Part shown: positions 8,826 to 17,791 of the stretch, one piece after another
Layout of the letters: each line of letters starts with the position of its first letter
Numbering within the stretch: the stretch's first letter is position 1
Virus record (IMG/VR): IMGVR_UViG_3300038336_000104
Span: 1 to 47,742 of that record
Strand: one strand, 5' to 3'
DNA: 47,742 bases
Origin: a virus
The notes under the pieces: model-generated
Told to the model about the DNA's origin: nothing
The model's input: only the letters and a program-made list of their open reading frames with translations
The model's database searches: none
Position numbers and translations under genes: made by a program

Positions 8826-9221
8826 ATGGAAGCCATCAAAAAGCAATGCGGGTACATTACCGACCCCATTCCCGAACCAGGAAAGAATGGCCCCCGGATT
8901 CAACGGCTGTTGGCTAAGTTGGAAGCAAAAAAGCCGAAGCCGGTAGATCCAGATGAACTGGCCATTGAAAAGGAACCTGATTTTTCGTACATCCCAAACC
9001 TTCGCGCCGGGCACCATCCATCAAAGCGCCAGATGGATGAAGAATTTGAATTGAAAATGGAGAAAAAGCGGAAACGCTCCATTGCCCTAAGCCCGGATAT
9101 TGATAAGCTACAGGAAGTGCGTATCGACAAACGCACCTCCATCTTTATTGCGCTCGATGCCGACCCTGTGGAAGCTCGCATTAATTTCCTTGAAAAATTA
9201 AGCCGCAATGTTCAACATTAA
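8826..9221 (+). CDS. Hypothetical protein (charged, Lys/Glu rich)
   Basis: 131-aa ORF 2 nt after the previous stop. Confidence 0.6.
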   Translation: MEAIKKQCGYITDPIPEPGKNGPRIQRLLAKLEAKKPKPVDPDELAIEKEPDFSYIPNLRAGHHPSKRQMDEEFELKMEKKRKRSIALSPDIDKLQEVRIDKRTSIFIALDADPVEARINFLEKLSRNVQH

Positions 9222-9360
9222 CCAATACCAGGAGATAGCCGAATATTTTGAAGCCGGGTTTACCTGTGCCGAAATATCGAAAGAACTGGATATTGAGTTG
9301 AGCACAATTGTTACCTATTTAAGTAAATACCTTAATGAGAAAAATCATCAATTAAATTAA
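9208..9360 (+). CDS. Small HTH-like protein (50 aa, below the ORF-track cutoff)
   Basis: ATG at 9208 overlaps the end of the previous gene. MFNINQYQEIAEYFEAGFTCAEISKELDIELSTIVTYLSKYL resembles a sigma-70 region 4 / LuxR-like HTH. A hairpin follows. Confidence 0.45.
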   Translation: MFNINQYQEIAEYFEAGFTCAEISKELDIELSTIVTYLSKYLNEKNHQLN

Positions 9361-9372
9361 TTACTAACCACC

Positions 9373-9413
9373 AGAAAGCCGGCCTTTCTTGCACCGACTT
9401 GTGTCGGCTTTCT
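9373..9413 (+). terminator. Hairpin with an agaaagccg/cggctttct stem and conserved TTGCACCG inside the loop
   Basis: 9-bp stem read directly. A related hairpin lies at 9907-9940. Confidence 0.5.
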
Positions 9414-9429
9414 TTAAACCCTTTGACCC

Positions 9430-9891
9430 ATGAAAATTACGATTACGGATACAAAAATTAAGGTACGTTGCGAAAAAACGACCTATACTATTGTTCTTCC
9501 AAAACAAAATAAAGACAATGTGGTTGCAAAAACTATAAGCCACGCCATCAAATCGCTTGATAACATGGTGAAAAAAGCAAAACAGCATGAAGCAGTAAAA
9601 CAAACACAGGACCGGATCAGCACACTTACTAAATCCAACATACCACCGGCACCGGAGCCAATGTTTAAAAAAGGTGGAGAGGGACTAGGTTTCCCAAATA
9701 CTTGTGTTAACTGTAATAGCCATTTTAAACCAACCACTTTTCAACAGCTTACCTGTGGTGCATGTGGTTTACCTTCTGAAATTATTAAAATACAACCAAC
9801 TCCTGATCAAATATTTATTGCCAAAAGTCATCTGGATATAGCCCGTCATGAGTTGGAAGAAAAGAAAAAACAAACATACAAGGATAAATAA
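9430..9891 (+). CDS. Zinc-ribbon protein of unknown function
   Basis: 153 aa with a CxxC...CxxC motif (CVNCNSHFKPTTFQQLTCGACG). Confidence 0.6.
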   Translation: MKITITDTKIKVRCEKTTYTIVLPKQNKDNVVAKTISHAIKSLDNMVKKAKQHEAVKQTQDRISTLTKSNIPPAPEPMFKKGGEGLGFPNTCVNCNSHFKPTTFQQLTCGACGLPSEIIKIQPTPDQIFIAKSHLDIARHELEEKKKQTYKDK

Positions 9892-9906
9892 TTATAAACC
9901 TTTTCA

Positions 9907-9940
9907 GAAAGCGGCTGCCGTTGCACCGGTGGCCGCTTTC
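9907..9940 (+). terminator. Hairpin with a gaaagcggc/gccgctttc stem and the same TTGCACCG loop motif as 9373-9413
   Basis: 9-bp stem. Its sequence differs from the first copy by compensatory changes. Confidence 0.5.
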
Positions 9941-9954
9941 ATTATCAAAATGCT

Positions 9955-10263
9955 ATGCAAACACTCATAATCATTTTTATCGCGCTTTCCATCTTAATTC
10001 CAATCTGGTTCAGGTTGTTCGTAAAGAAAGCCATTATCGACCTGGTCGAGTTTCGCACCGAGCTCATTAAGGGCCAGGCTGTAGTTATTGAAGAAGAACC
10101 CGGTATTCTTTACCAGGTACGCATACTTGCAATAGCAGATTCTGCTATCCTGTTCGAGTACGAAGGAAAAGAATGGGGGTTTTGCGAACTCACAAAAGTA
10201 TTCCCTGTAAATTATTTTCTGGATGAAAATGGGTATGTGGAAGTATTAAGCCAAACTGTGTAG
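9955..10263 (+). CDS. Membrane-anchored protein (N-terminal TM helix)
   Basis: 102 aa with N-terminus MQTLIIIFIALSILIPIWFRLFV. Confidence 0.6.
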   Translation: MQTLIIIFIALSILIPIWFRLFVKKAIIDLVEFRTELIKGQAVVIEEEPGILYQVRILAIADSAILFEYEGKEWGFCELTKVFPVNYFLDENGYVEVLSQTV

Positions 10264-10265
10264 CC

Positions 10266-11060
10266 ATGCCAAAACTATTCTGGTCTCCAGACAAAATCGA
10301 ATTTATTAAAAGTCACCTGAAGATGACGGATGCTGAATTAGCCAGGCATTTTTCAACTACAGTGCCTTCGGTGAAAAGTGCCAGGAAAAAACATGGCATT
10401 TCTAAATTTATAAGGAAAGTATTTACTGTAGATGAAAATAATTTCCTCATAAAAATGTACCCGGATACCAGGACAGATAAAATAGCTGAACAGCTAAACC
10501 GTACGGTTCGGTCAATTTACATGCAGGCTACAAATCTGAAATTAAAAAAAAGCAAAGAGTTCCTGGCTAGTCCTGAATCGGGCATATTAACAAAAGGCAC
10601 TACCAGGGGCAAAGCCACTCAATTTGGGAAAGGCCATATTCCTGCAAACAAAGGCGTAAAAATGAGCCCCGAGCTACGTGATAAGGTTAAACATACCTGG
10701 TTTGAACGTGGGCATAAACCCCACAATACAAAAACCGATGGCGTCATTACTACCCGATTTAACAAAAAAGCAGGTTACTATTACAAATACATCCGCATTG
10801 GCGAAGGAAACTGGGAGGATTTAAAACGTCATATATGGGAACAAGCCAACGGACCGGTTCCATCCGGATTCAATGTTGTGTTTAAAACAGGCGCCCATGG
10901 TAACTACGAGCTCTCAAATTTAGAACTCATTTCAAATGCTGAATTGCTCGATCGCAATTCGTTGCGCCAATGGCCCGATGAACTGAAGCAATTAATAAAA
11001 CTTAATAATAAACTTAAAAAACAGATCGATGGCCGACACAAGTTTACAGGCTCTTCGTGA
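10266..11060 (+). CDS. HNH-like endonuclease / DNA-binding protein (degenerate HNH_3-type C-terminus)
   Basis: 264 aa. Two N-terminal HTH-like repeats, then RHIWEQANGPVPSGFNVVF...NLELISNAEL, which resembles the HNH_3 pattern. The catalytic His is not obvious. Confidence 0.5.
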   Translation: MPKLFWSPDKIEFIKSHLKMTDAELARHFSTTVPSVKSARKKHGISKFIRKVFTVDENNFLIKMYPDTRTDKIAEQLNRTVRSIYMQATNLKLKKSKEFLASPESGILTKGTTRGKATQFGKGHIPANKGVKMSPELRDKVKHTWFERGHKPHNTKTDGVITTRFNKKAGYYYKYIRIGEGNWEDLKRHIWEQANGPVPSGFNVVFKTGAHGNYELSNLELISNAELLDRNSLRQWPDELKQLIKLNNKLKKQIDGRHKFTGSS

Positions 11061-11277
11061 GGAGCTTTTTGACGTAATCATCCGCTTAAAGGATGGCAAC
11101 GACCCAGGAGTGGATCCAAAAGATACCATCTCAATTGAATCTGCCAAAGCCATTACAGGTGTCGCAGCGCAGATCATTAATTCAGCAAAAGTTGAAGTAA
11201 TGGCCTATAACCTGATTGCCAGAGAAGGCGAGCGTACGGGGTTGGAAAATAGCAAAATTTTAAAACTTAAAGAGTAA
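11029..11277 (+). CDS. Hypothetical protein
   Basis: 82-aa ORF that overlaps the previous gene by 32 nt. Confidence 0.5.
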   Translation: MADTSLQALREELFDVIIRLKDGNDPGVDPKDTISIESAKAITGVAAQIINSAKVEVMAYNLIAREGERTGLENSKILKLKE

Positions 11278-11281
11278 TCAC

Positions 11282-11965
11282 ATGAAAGAATCCCCCATTA
11301 TCTTTAGCACCCCGATGGTCAAGGCCAATTTGGAAGGAAGAAAAACAAAAACCAGAAGACTAAACGGCCTTGATGAAATCAATGAAAATCCCGAATGGTA
11401 TTGGTTAAGCAAGGAAAATTACATAGATAGAAAAGGCAGATTTTGTCAGAAGTTTTTCACAGCAAAAGGCTTTAGTAAAATTGTAAATTGCCCTTATGGA
11501 AATATCGGCGACCTGCTTTGGGTACGCGAAACATTTGTTCCGATGATTATTGAAGATCATGATGGAGAAGGAAATGATTTGTACACATGGCTATATAAAA
11601 CTGAGCCAGGATGCGACAATATTCTGAGAATGATGGAGGATTCAACCTGGAAACCCTCCATCCACATGCCCAAATCAGCAGCCCGCATCTGGTTAAAAAT
11701 TACGGATATCAGGTTGGAAAGATTGCACGACATTTCGGAGGAAGATGCCATTAAGGAAGGGATTATACCCTTACTAATGTCATTAACACAATTTGAAACC
11801 CATGGGCGTTTATATTTTGATTATTCAAAACATGAATACATGTTTAATGACGGATTGAAACCAATTGAAAGCTTCAAATCATTATGGGAATCAATAAACG
11901 GTAAAAATTCATGGGACGCAAACCCCTGGGTTTGGGTAATCACGTTTGAAAAATACGACCGGTAA
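11282..11965 (+). CDS. ASCH-domain-like protein
   Basis: The N-terminus IIFSTPMVKANLEGRKTKTRR matches the conserved start of phage ASCH-domain proteins, as I recall it. Confidence 0.6.
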   Translation: MKESPIIFSTPMVKANLEGRKTKTRRLNGLDEINENPEWYWLSKENYIDRKGRFCQKFFTAKGFSKIVNCPYGNIGDLLWVRETFVPMIIEDHDGEGNDLYTWLYKTEPGCDNILRMMEDSTWKPSIHMPKSAARIWLKITDIRLERLHDISEEDAIKEGIIPLLMSLTQFETHGRLYFDYSKHEYMFNDGLKPIESFKSLWESINGKNSWDANPWVWVITFEKYDR

Positions 11966-12165
11966 TGGATCCCCACACCAAACGCCGATACAACACCACC
12001 TACAAACTCCGTAAATCGGGCTTTGTAGTCGATACAAAGCGAAAAACAATACCGGTGTACTTCAGGCAGGTAACGGCGCTTATCGGCCATCCGCAGGTGA
12101 TTACACTGGTAAAAGAATACGAATATAAATTAATCGAAAACCGACAGTTAGAATTACCTCTATGA
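11965..12165 (+). CDS. Small basic hypothetical protein
   Basis: 66-aa ORF with ATGA-type overlaps on both sides. Confidence 0.5.
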   Translation: MDPHTKRRYNTTYKLRKSGFVVDTKRKTIPVYFRQVTALIGHPQVITLVKEYEYKLIENRQLELPL

Positions 12166-15100
12166 TACCACAAACAACCATCGACAATATTTTGCAAACC
12201 GCCCGCATAGAGGAAGTTGCTGCCGATTTTTATACCTTCAATAAAGCTGGTGCCAGCATTTATACCAAGTGCCCCAACTGCGATAAAGAAGGCAAAGGCA
12301 AAGGGTTGATTATTACCGCTTCAAAACAAATATATAAGTGCTATAGCTGCGATCTGGCCGGCAAGTCGCCTGCTAATTTTTTGATGGAAACACAAAAAAT
12401 GACCTACCCTGAGGCCCTAAAATACCTGGCCAACAAATACCATATCATCATCGAGGAGGAAGAAAAGCCCAAAGGCCCGCAAATGCACAAGTCGAAAAAG
12501 GCCGATACTTTTTGTGCCAGGCAGCTAAAATCGTCGGGGTTGATTATAAAGGATATCACGGCCACCACTTTCGTGGACGATAAAACCGAAGCGCTGGTTG
12601 AAGTGTATCAACCCGGCACCCGCGATCAGTTTGGGCGCATTGCTCCCGGCGATGACATGATTATCTGGTACTACGACCTTGAGGGAAAACCGGTGATGTA
12701 CAAAAAGGAAAAAACCAGCAAGTTCGAGCACCTGTACCGGGTGCGCTGGCAGTTCCCTGAGCATCATCTCGACAAATCGGGCAAACCAATTAAATACCAA
12801 TCGCCGTATGGCTCCGGCTCGCATTTGTACATTCCCGAATCGGTTCGCCAGATATACAAAGAGCGGCGCATAATCAAACGGCTTTACATCCAGGAAGGCG
12901 AAAAGAAAGCCGATAAAGCCACCATCCATGGCATTACCTCGGTAGGCATCATGGGCATCCACAACATTGCTTCCAGCGGCCGCCTCCCCCACGATTTACA
13001 ATTAATAGTACAAGCGTGCAAGGTGGAAGAAGTGGTATTTATGCTCGACAGCGACTGGGACCAGCTCAGCGAAAACCTAAAACCCGGCGACCGTGTCGAT
13101 CAACGCACCTATTCGTTTTACAGGGCTGTGGTCAACTTCCGCGATTACCTGAAGGCATTTAACAACCATGGCATTTACCTGGAAACTTATTTCGGATACA
13201 CCAAACACAATGCCCACAACGATAAGGGCATTGATGACCTGCTTGTGAATACCCTTTCGGGGAAAGAAATTGAACTAAAGCGTGATTTGGACCGTGCGGT
13301 GAATGATATTAAGGAGAAAGATGGCGAAGGAACTTACGTGCAGCTGCACCGGATCACTACGCTTTCAGAACATCAGATCATGCAGTTTTGGGGTTTCGAG
13401 AATGCCAAAACATTCCTCAAAAAGCACAAAGATACTTTGTTGCAGTTTTATCCTAACGGCGAAGTGTTTAAGGTTGGTAAACTTGAATGGCGATATGATA
13501 AGGAAACAGATTTCTTTATTCCTGCCCAACCGCTGACTGTTGACGAACAGTATTGGGAGGAAGTGAAGTGGGAAGACAAGATGGGCAACGAAAAAAAGAA
13601 GGTCCAGTTCGACTATGTTAACCTGCGTAAATTTCTTAAAAACCGGGGATTTGGCAAGCTGATGATGGCCAACGGCAAATACTATTTCGTGCACAACCAC
13701 ACCAAGGTGGTGCGCAATGTGGATGCCGGCGAAATAAAAGACTTTGTGGTAGAGTTTACCGAAGAAGTGGCCCATAAAGATATCCAGAACCTCATTCTCC
13801 GTGGTGGTAAAATGTACCTGGGACCCGACAGCCTGAGCAACATGTACAAGCTGTTTACCAAATTCGAAGAACCTCAAAAAGACAGTCAGAACCTTTATTT
13901 TCAGGACAAATACTGGTCCATTTCCAAAGATGGCATCGACGAAAAACCCGTTATAAACCTTGAAAACTCCATCTGGCATGACCAGATAATTGATTTTGAT
14001 GCCAAAAAAATTAAACCCATGCTGCTGATCGACCAGGTTACCGAGGCCATGGCCAGGCAAAACGAAGCGCTAAAATACTTTGTGGGTCAGTTTGATGTGG
14101 ATTTTACCGAAACCGGCAAACAAAGCCACTTTCTACAATTTATTTTAAACACATCAGAATTCGCCTGGCGAAAAATGTTGGATGCAAAAACCCGCCAACC
14201 CATCAAGGACACCCGCACCCTGGACGAAAAATTTGAAACAAACATGCATTTAATGAGCAAACTCACCAGCATCGGGTACCTGCTTCACGAATACCACAAC
14301 AAATCAATCAGCAAAATGATTATTGCCATGGATGGCAAAATGAGCGAGGTAGGACAGAGCAACGGGCGAACCGGTAAATCAATCATCGGTATGTTTATTG
14401 GCCGTCTCATTCCGCAGGTTTACATTGCCGGAAAGCAGAAAAACCTGACCGAAGATCCATTTTTGATGGAAGGTGTTACCGAGAAAACAAAGTCCATTTT
14501 TATCGACGATACCCGGACAAACATCGATATCGAATTCTTTTACCCGCACCTGACCGGTCAGTTCACCGTAAGGGGATTGGGCCAGGCCAAATTTAACCTG
14601 CCTGAAGATAGAAAGCCCAAATTTTATGTAAGCACCAACCATGGCATTAACGATGCCGGAGGATCGCTCCGCGACCGGGTATTCATGCTGGCTTTTTCCG
14701 ACTTCTACAACGAAAACCACAAACCCATCGACGATTTCGGTATTAACTTTTTCGACGATTGGGATCAGGAGCAATACAACATTACCTACAACCTGGCAGC
14801 CACCTGTTTGCAACTGTATTTTCAATATGGACTTGTAAAGGCACCATTGCGCCGCCTGGAGCTTCGCAACCTGAGGCAGGAAATGGGCGAATCGTTTTTG
14901 GATTGGGCCGATGAATATTTCAGCAACATCAACAACCTGGGCATGCGCATAGCCCGTCAGGAGCTGGCCGACAATTATTTGCTTAAGGTGCCAACGGCCA
15001 AACGATTCTACACGCCCAACAGCTTTAAAAAGAAACTGAAAGCCTACGCTGAATTCCGTGGCTATATTTTTAATCCGGATCTGTTCGATGCCGATGGCAA

Positions 15101-15182
15101 CCCAAAGAAGTACGATAACAAAGGCCGGGCAATTGATTACGATAAATCGGGAGGAGTGGAGTACATTACGATAGCAGAATAG
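12162..15182 (+). CDS. Bifunctional DNA primase / helicase
   Basis: 1006 aa. N-terminal CHC2 zinc finger (CPNCDKEGKGKG...YKCYSCDLAGKSPANFLM...YPEALKYLANKY), a Toprim-like centre (EGEKKADK...DSDWD), and C-terminal P-loop GQSNGRTGKS with Walker B IFIDD. Confidence 0.9.
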   Translation: MIPQTTIDNILQTARIEEVAADFYTFNKAGASIYTKCPNCDKEGKGKGLIITASKQIYKCYSCDLAGKSPANFLMETQKMTYPEALKYLANKYHIIIEEEEKPKGPQMHKSKKADTFCARQLKSSGLIIKDITATTFVDDKTEALVEVYQPGTRDQFGRIAPGDDMIIWYYDLEGKPVMYKKEKTSKFEHLYRVRWQFPEHHLDKSGKPIKYQSPYGSGSHLYIPESVRQIYKERRIIKRLYIQEGEKKADKATIHGITSVGIMGIHNIASSGRLPHDLQLIVQACKVEEVVFMLDSDWDQLSENLKPGDRVDQRTYSFYRAVVNFRDYLKAFNNHGIYLETYFGYTKHNAHNDKGIDDLLVNTLSGKEIELKRDLDRAVNDIKEKDGEGTYVQLHRITTLSEHQIMQFWGFENAKTFLKKHKDTLLQFYPNGEVFKVGKLEWRYDKETDFFIPAQPLTVDEQYWEEVKWEDKMGNEKKKVQFDYVNLRKFLKNRGFGKLMMANGKYYFVHNHTKVVRNVDAGEIKDFVVEFTEEVAHKDIQNLILRGGKMYLGPDSLSNMYKLFTKFEEPQKDSQNLYFQDKYWSISKDGIDEKPVINLENSIWHDQIIDFDAKKIKPMLLIDQVTEAMARQNEALKYFVGQFDVDFTETGKQSHFLQFILNTSEFAWRKMLDAKTRQPIKDTRTLDEKFETNMHLMSKLTSIGYLLHEYHNKSISKMIIAMDGKMSEVGQSNGRTGKSIIGMFIGRLIPQVYIAGKQKNLTEDPFLMEGVTEKTKSIFIDDTRTNIDIEFFYPHLTGQFTVRGLGQAKFNLPEDRKPKFYVSTNHGINDAGGSLRDRVFMLAFSDFYNENHKPIDDFGINFFDDWDQEQYNITYNLAATCLQLYFQYGLVKAPLRRLELRNLRQEMGESFLDWADEYFSNINNLGMRIARQELADNYLLKVPTAKRFYTPNSFKKKLKAYAEFRGYIFNPDLFDADGNPKKYDNKGRAIDYDKSGGVEYITIAE

Positions 15183-15208
15183 TAATTAATCAAATAAACT
15201 TCAATTAT

Positions 15209-15520
15209 ATGAAAGGAAAATACCTAATAACAACTGATAGCTGGTTTATTGCACCCGACGGCAAACAATACAGAGCAGTTTGGGGAGATGTAGAAATTAT
15301 CCCGGATACATTTCTTGGTGTAACTACAAATAGAAATTCATCCAATTGGTTTGCTAAGGTTGGAAATGAAGACAATCATGTTATCATTGCTGGTTGCCAG
15401 GTACATTATGCAATTAAATCAAATGAGGAACCAGTTACTGATAGAGTTATGGATTATTCTACCGGGGAAGGTAAAATATCAGAATTTTCGCGTCCTACAC
15501 AGATTTACATAGCAAACTAA
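15209..15520 (+). CDS. Hypothetical protein
   Basis: 103-aa ORF in the replication operon. Confidence 0.6.
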   Translation: MKGKYLITTDSWFIAPDGKQYRAVWGDVEIIPDTFLGVTTNRNSSNWFAKVGNEDNHVIIAGCQVHYAIKSNEEPVTDRVMDYSTGEGKISEFSRPTQIYIAN

Positions 15521-15526
15521 AGTACC

Positions 15527-15820
15527 ATGGGAACACTAATCAACGAACTCACCAAATCGCCTGCAGTGGCCACAGCAGTACCGGAGTTGCAATACGACCA
15601 GGGCGATCCTTATTACAACCGGCTCCCTGCGCGCGCCAGGCAGGCCACGTTGCAGGATTTTACCGATCACAACGGCCAGTACCAAACCGGCATTGCCTAC
15701 CTTATACACAGCCAGCGCCAACCCGATCGCTATTGGGCCAAACGCAGCAAACCCGGCTTTACCGAGCACAACGATTTTTTTGATTTTATGGAACTGGGGA
15801 GGATTTATGTGTTTGAATAA
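15527..15820 (+). CDS. Hypothetical protein
   Basis: 97-aa ORF. Confidence 0.6.
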   Translation: MGTLINELTKSPAVATAVPELQYDQGDPYYNRLPARARQATLQDFTDHNGQYQTGIAYLIHSQRQPDRYWAKRSKPGFTEHNDFFDFMELGRIYVFE

Positions 15821-15838
15821 TCAACTAAAAACTAAAAT

Positions 15839-16216
15839 ATGAATACATCAGAAATTAAATTCAGAGGTAAAAGAATCGACAACGGAGAATGGGTTTATGG
15901 ATATTTTGTAAAAGACCCAAAAGGACAATGTAGAATTTACTCGCAACCATTTGATGAAGCAACCAGTAATACATACCATTTTGTAAAACCAGAAACGGTC
16001 GGGCAATATATTGGTAAAATCAGAACCGAACAGGAGATTTATATAAATGACCTTATACAACACGGTGAAACTATTAGGATTGTTGAATATAGGAATGGAA
16101 ATACTTGCCTTATTCGACAAAATAAACAGGACACTATCTTATTGTCGTTTTCTGAAAATCCTAAAAAAGTGGGTAATATTTTCGATAACCCAGAACTTTT
16201 GCAGGATGCTTCTTAA
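15839..16216 (+). CDS. YopX-family protein
   Basis: The N-terminus IKFRGKRIDNGEWVYGYF is typical of the YopX family. Confidence 0.75.
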   Translation: MNTSEIKFRGKRIDNGEWVYGYFVKDPKGQCRIYSQPFDEATSNTYHFVKPETVGQYIGKIRTEQEIYINDLIQHGETIRIVEYRNGNTCLIRQNKQDTILLSFSENPKKVGNIFDNPELLQDAS

Positions 16217-16234
16217 ACTGAGCGATAACGTTGG

Positions 16235-16305
16235 GCGTATGTGCTGTGCAGTCTTGCTCGTACTTTCAACAAATAATAAATAATTTGGCTGCATAGCATA
16301 TACGC
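16235..16305 (+). terminator. Long 17-bp hairpin directly after the YopX gene (no U-tract)
   Basis: gcgtatgtgctgtgcag pairs with ctgcatagcatatacgc. Two positions are G-U wobbles on the + strand only, which favours an RNA-level structure. Confidence 0.45.
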
Positions 16306-16349
16306 ATTGTTATAAACCGTGTTTTATTCACAATTAAATATTTATCAAA

Positions 16350-16709
16350 ATGAAAAAATTTATTTTAATTTTAATCGCATTAATAATCTTTACAGGATTA
16401 CAATCACAAGAACTTGTTATTTTAAAACAAGGACAAAATGAGATAATTAGAGTTGATTCAGACACAACAAAAGTAAAATTTGGTGGAGCTGAATTAATTA
16501 CAATTAAACTTTTAATGAAGTATAAAGCTGAATGCTTTAATGACAGTTGCCAGATTAATGTATATATTGACCCGAATACTACAACAGAGATTGCCCCGGG
16601 TATTTATTCCTCTACATTAATGATGGGTTATTATAAAAAAGTATGGAAACATAAAGAACCAACATTTTCAGATTTTATCGATTGGCTGTCTAAAGAATAT
16701 GGTTTATAA
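16350..16709 (+). CDS. Secreted or lipoprotein-like small protein (Sec signal peptide)
   Basis: 119 aa with N-terminus MKKFILILIALIIFTGLQSQ. AT-rich compared with its neighbours. Confidence 0.65.
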   Translation: MKKFILILIALIIFTGLQSQELVILKQGQNEIIRVDSDTTKVKFGGAELITIKLLMKYKAECFNDSCQINVYIDPNTTTEIAPGIYSSTLMMGYYKKVWKHKEPTFSDFIDWLSKEYGL

Positions 16710-16716
16710 CGTCTGG

Positions 16717-16752
16717 GGGCTAAAAAATCGTATAACCCTTATTGTGCGGTGG
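16717..16752. repeat. Left repeat unit: 24-nt arm A (16717-16740) plus 9-nt gtgcggtgg (16744-16752)
   Basis: Arm A is the reverse complement of 17019-17041 (about 22 of 24 positions). The 9-mer recurs in direct orientation at 17009-17017. Confidence 0.85.
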
Positions 16753-16790
16753 GGTTAGAATTACTGCACGTAAATTAAAATCAAAATAGT

Positions 16791-17000
16791 ATGAATTTTG
16801 ACAATGTGGGTCAAGCCATCTTAAAGGCGTTTGATGAGCTGAACCAAGACGAGCAATCATCTGAAATCATTGATTTGATTGATGGGGGTGAAAACGATGC
16901 TGAAATTAAGAAAGGTCTCAATCAAGCAATTGTGAGGCTTCGTGAACTCGGCAAAGAAGATGCAGCCAAAGACATCGAAGAAAAGATTAAAGGCTGGTAA
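16791..17000 (+). CDS. Small, highly acidic protein (69 aa)
   Basis: MNFDNVGQAILKAFDELNQDEQSSEIIDLIDGGENDAEIKK... is rich in Asp/Glu. The gene is bracketed by the nested repeats. Confidence 0.6.
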   Translation: MNFDNVGQAILKAFDELNQDEQSSEIIDLIDGGENDAEIKKGLNQAIVRLRELGKEDAAKDIEEKIKGW

Positions 17001-17008
17001 TATTAGCG

Positions 17009-17041
17009 GTGCGGTGGCAAGGGTTATATGTTTTTTAGCCC
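17009..17041. repeat. Right repeat unit: 9-nt gtgcggtgg (17009-17017) plus inverted arm A' (17019-17041)
   Basis: See the left unit at 16717-16752. Confidence 0.85.
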
Positions 17042-17073
17042 TTGTTACCAAATCGTTTTAATGTTTGGTAACG

Positions 17074-17102
17074 GGCGCATAAACACATTGTGTTTATGCG
17101 CC
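17074..17102 (+). terminator. Perfect 13-bp hairpin (ggcgcataaacac att gtgtttatgcgcc)
   Basis: Read directly. Only a weak T-run follows. Another 9-bp hairpin precedes it at 17044-17072. Confidence 0.45.
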
Positions 17103-17380
17103 ATTCTGTTTAATAAACGTTTAAACCGTTTATTAAACATTTAGCAACCCCCTGAGAATCGCATATACATCCCGGCACCTTACCTTTGCCCGTTACATTA
17201 AAGCCTCAGGGCTGTATCTTTAAGCACATGGCGAAGCATAAACAATCGTGAGCGAAGCGAACACCTTTTCAATACTCCGGCGACAGCATAATTAACTTGT
17301 TCGCGCCAGCGAACTCCTTTCAATTTATTTTTCACGCTTCGCGTTTTCCGGCGCCCCTTTTTTTTTCTCAAAAATAAATG

Positions 17381-17747
17381 GTACAAAAGTACATGCCAAA
17401 ATCGGCTTCGTAAAATTGTGGCAAACAGCCACATATATATAGTATTTATTTTTTTATTTATTTTTTTGTTAAAAAAAGACTTAATAAATAATAAGGTAAA
17501 AAAGAGTACAATCGTACGGCATGGCGCAAATGTTTAAATATCAACACAATACACCGTACTACTTAAATCGAACGTAAACGAACTTTTGTACACTTTCGTA
17601 CGATAAAAAAAAGACTTTTAAAAAGTACGAAAAAGAGTACGGATTACACACTTTTGTACTAAAATATAGTACGGTGTAATATACTGCATACCAGTTTATT
17701 AAGTACAGTTTTAGTACCCCTGTACACTTGTACTCTTTTTTTCGTAC
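17381..17747. repeat. GTAC-core repeat array: 16 GTAC tetramers, four of them as GTAC-N4-GTAC, beside an AT-rich tract at 17433-17497
   Basis: GTAC starts at 17381, 17389, 17506, 17514, 17556, 17588, 17598, 17625, 17637, 17656, 17669, 17703, 17714, 17722, 17730 and 17744. GTACGAAAAAGAGTAC (17625-17640) and GTACTCTTTTTTTCGTAC (17730-17747) form an imperfect inverted pair. Confidence 0.85.
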
Positions 17748-17791
17748 TTCTGGACCAAGTGTGTTTTGTAATTGTTTCACAAATGTTTTGA

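Noticed and set aside
12525-14825. Minus-strand ORFs 12525..12992, 13365..14060 and 14379..14825, antisense to the primase-helicase gene
   Set aside because: They lie entirely inside a 1006-aa gene that has clear primase and P-loop motifs. Their compositions are low-complexity reverse-frame artefacts.
17381-17747. A CRISPR or mini-CRISPR array
   Set aside because: The repeat units are 4-10 nt with irregular 4-14-nt spacing. That is nothing like 28-48-nt repeats with unique spacers. I saw no other array-like region in the window.
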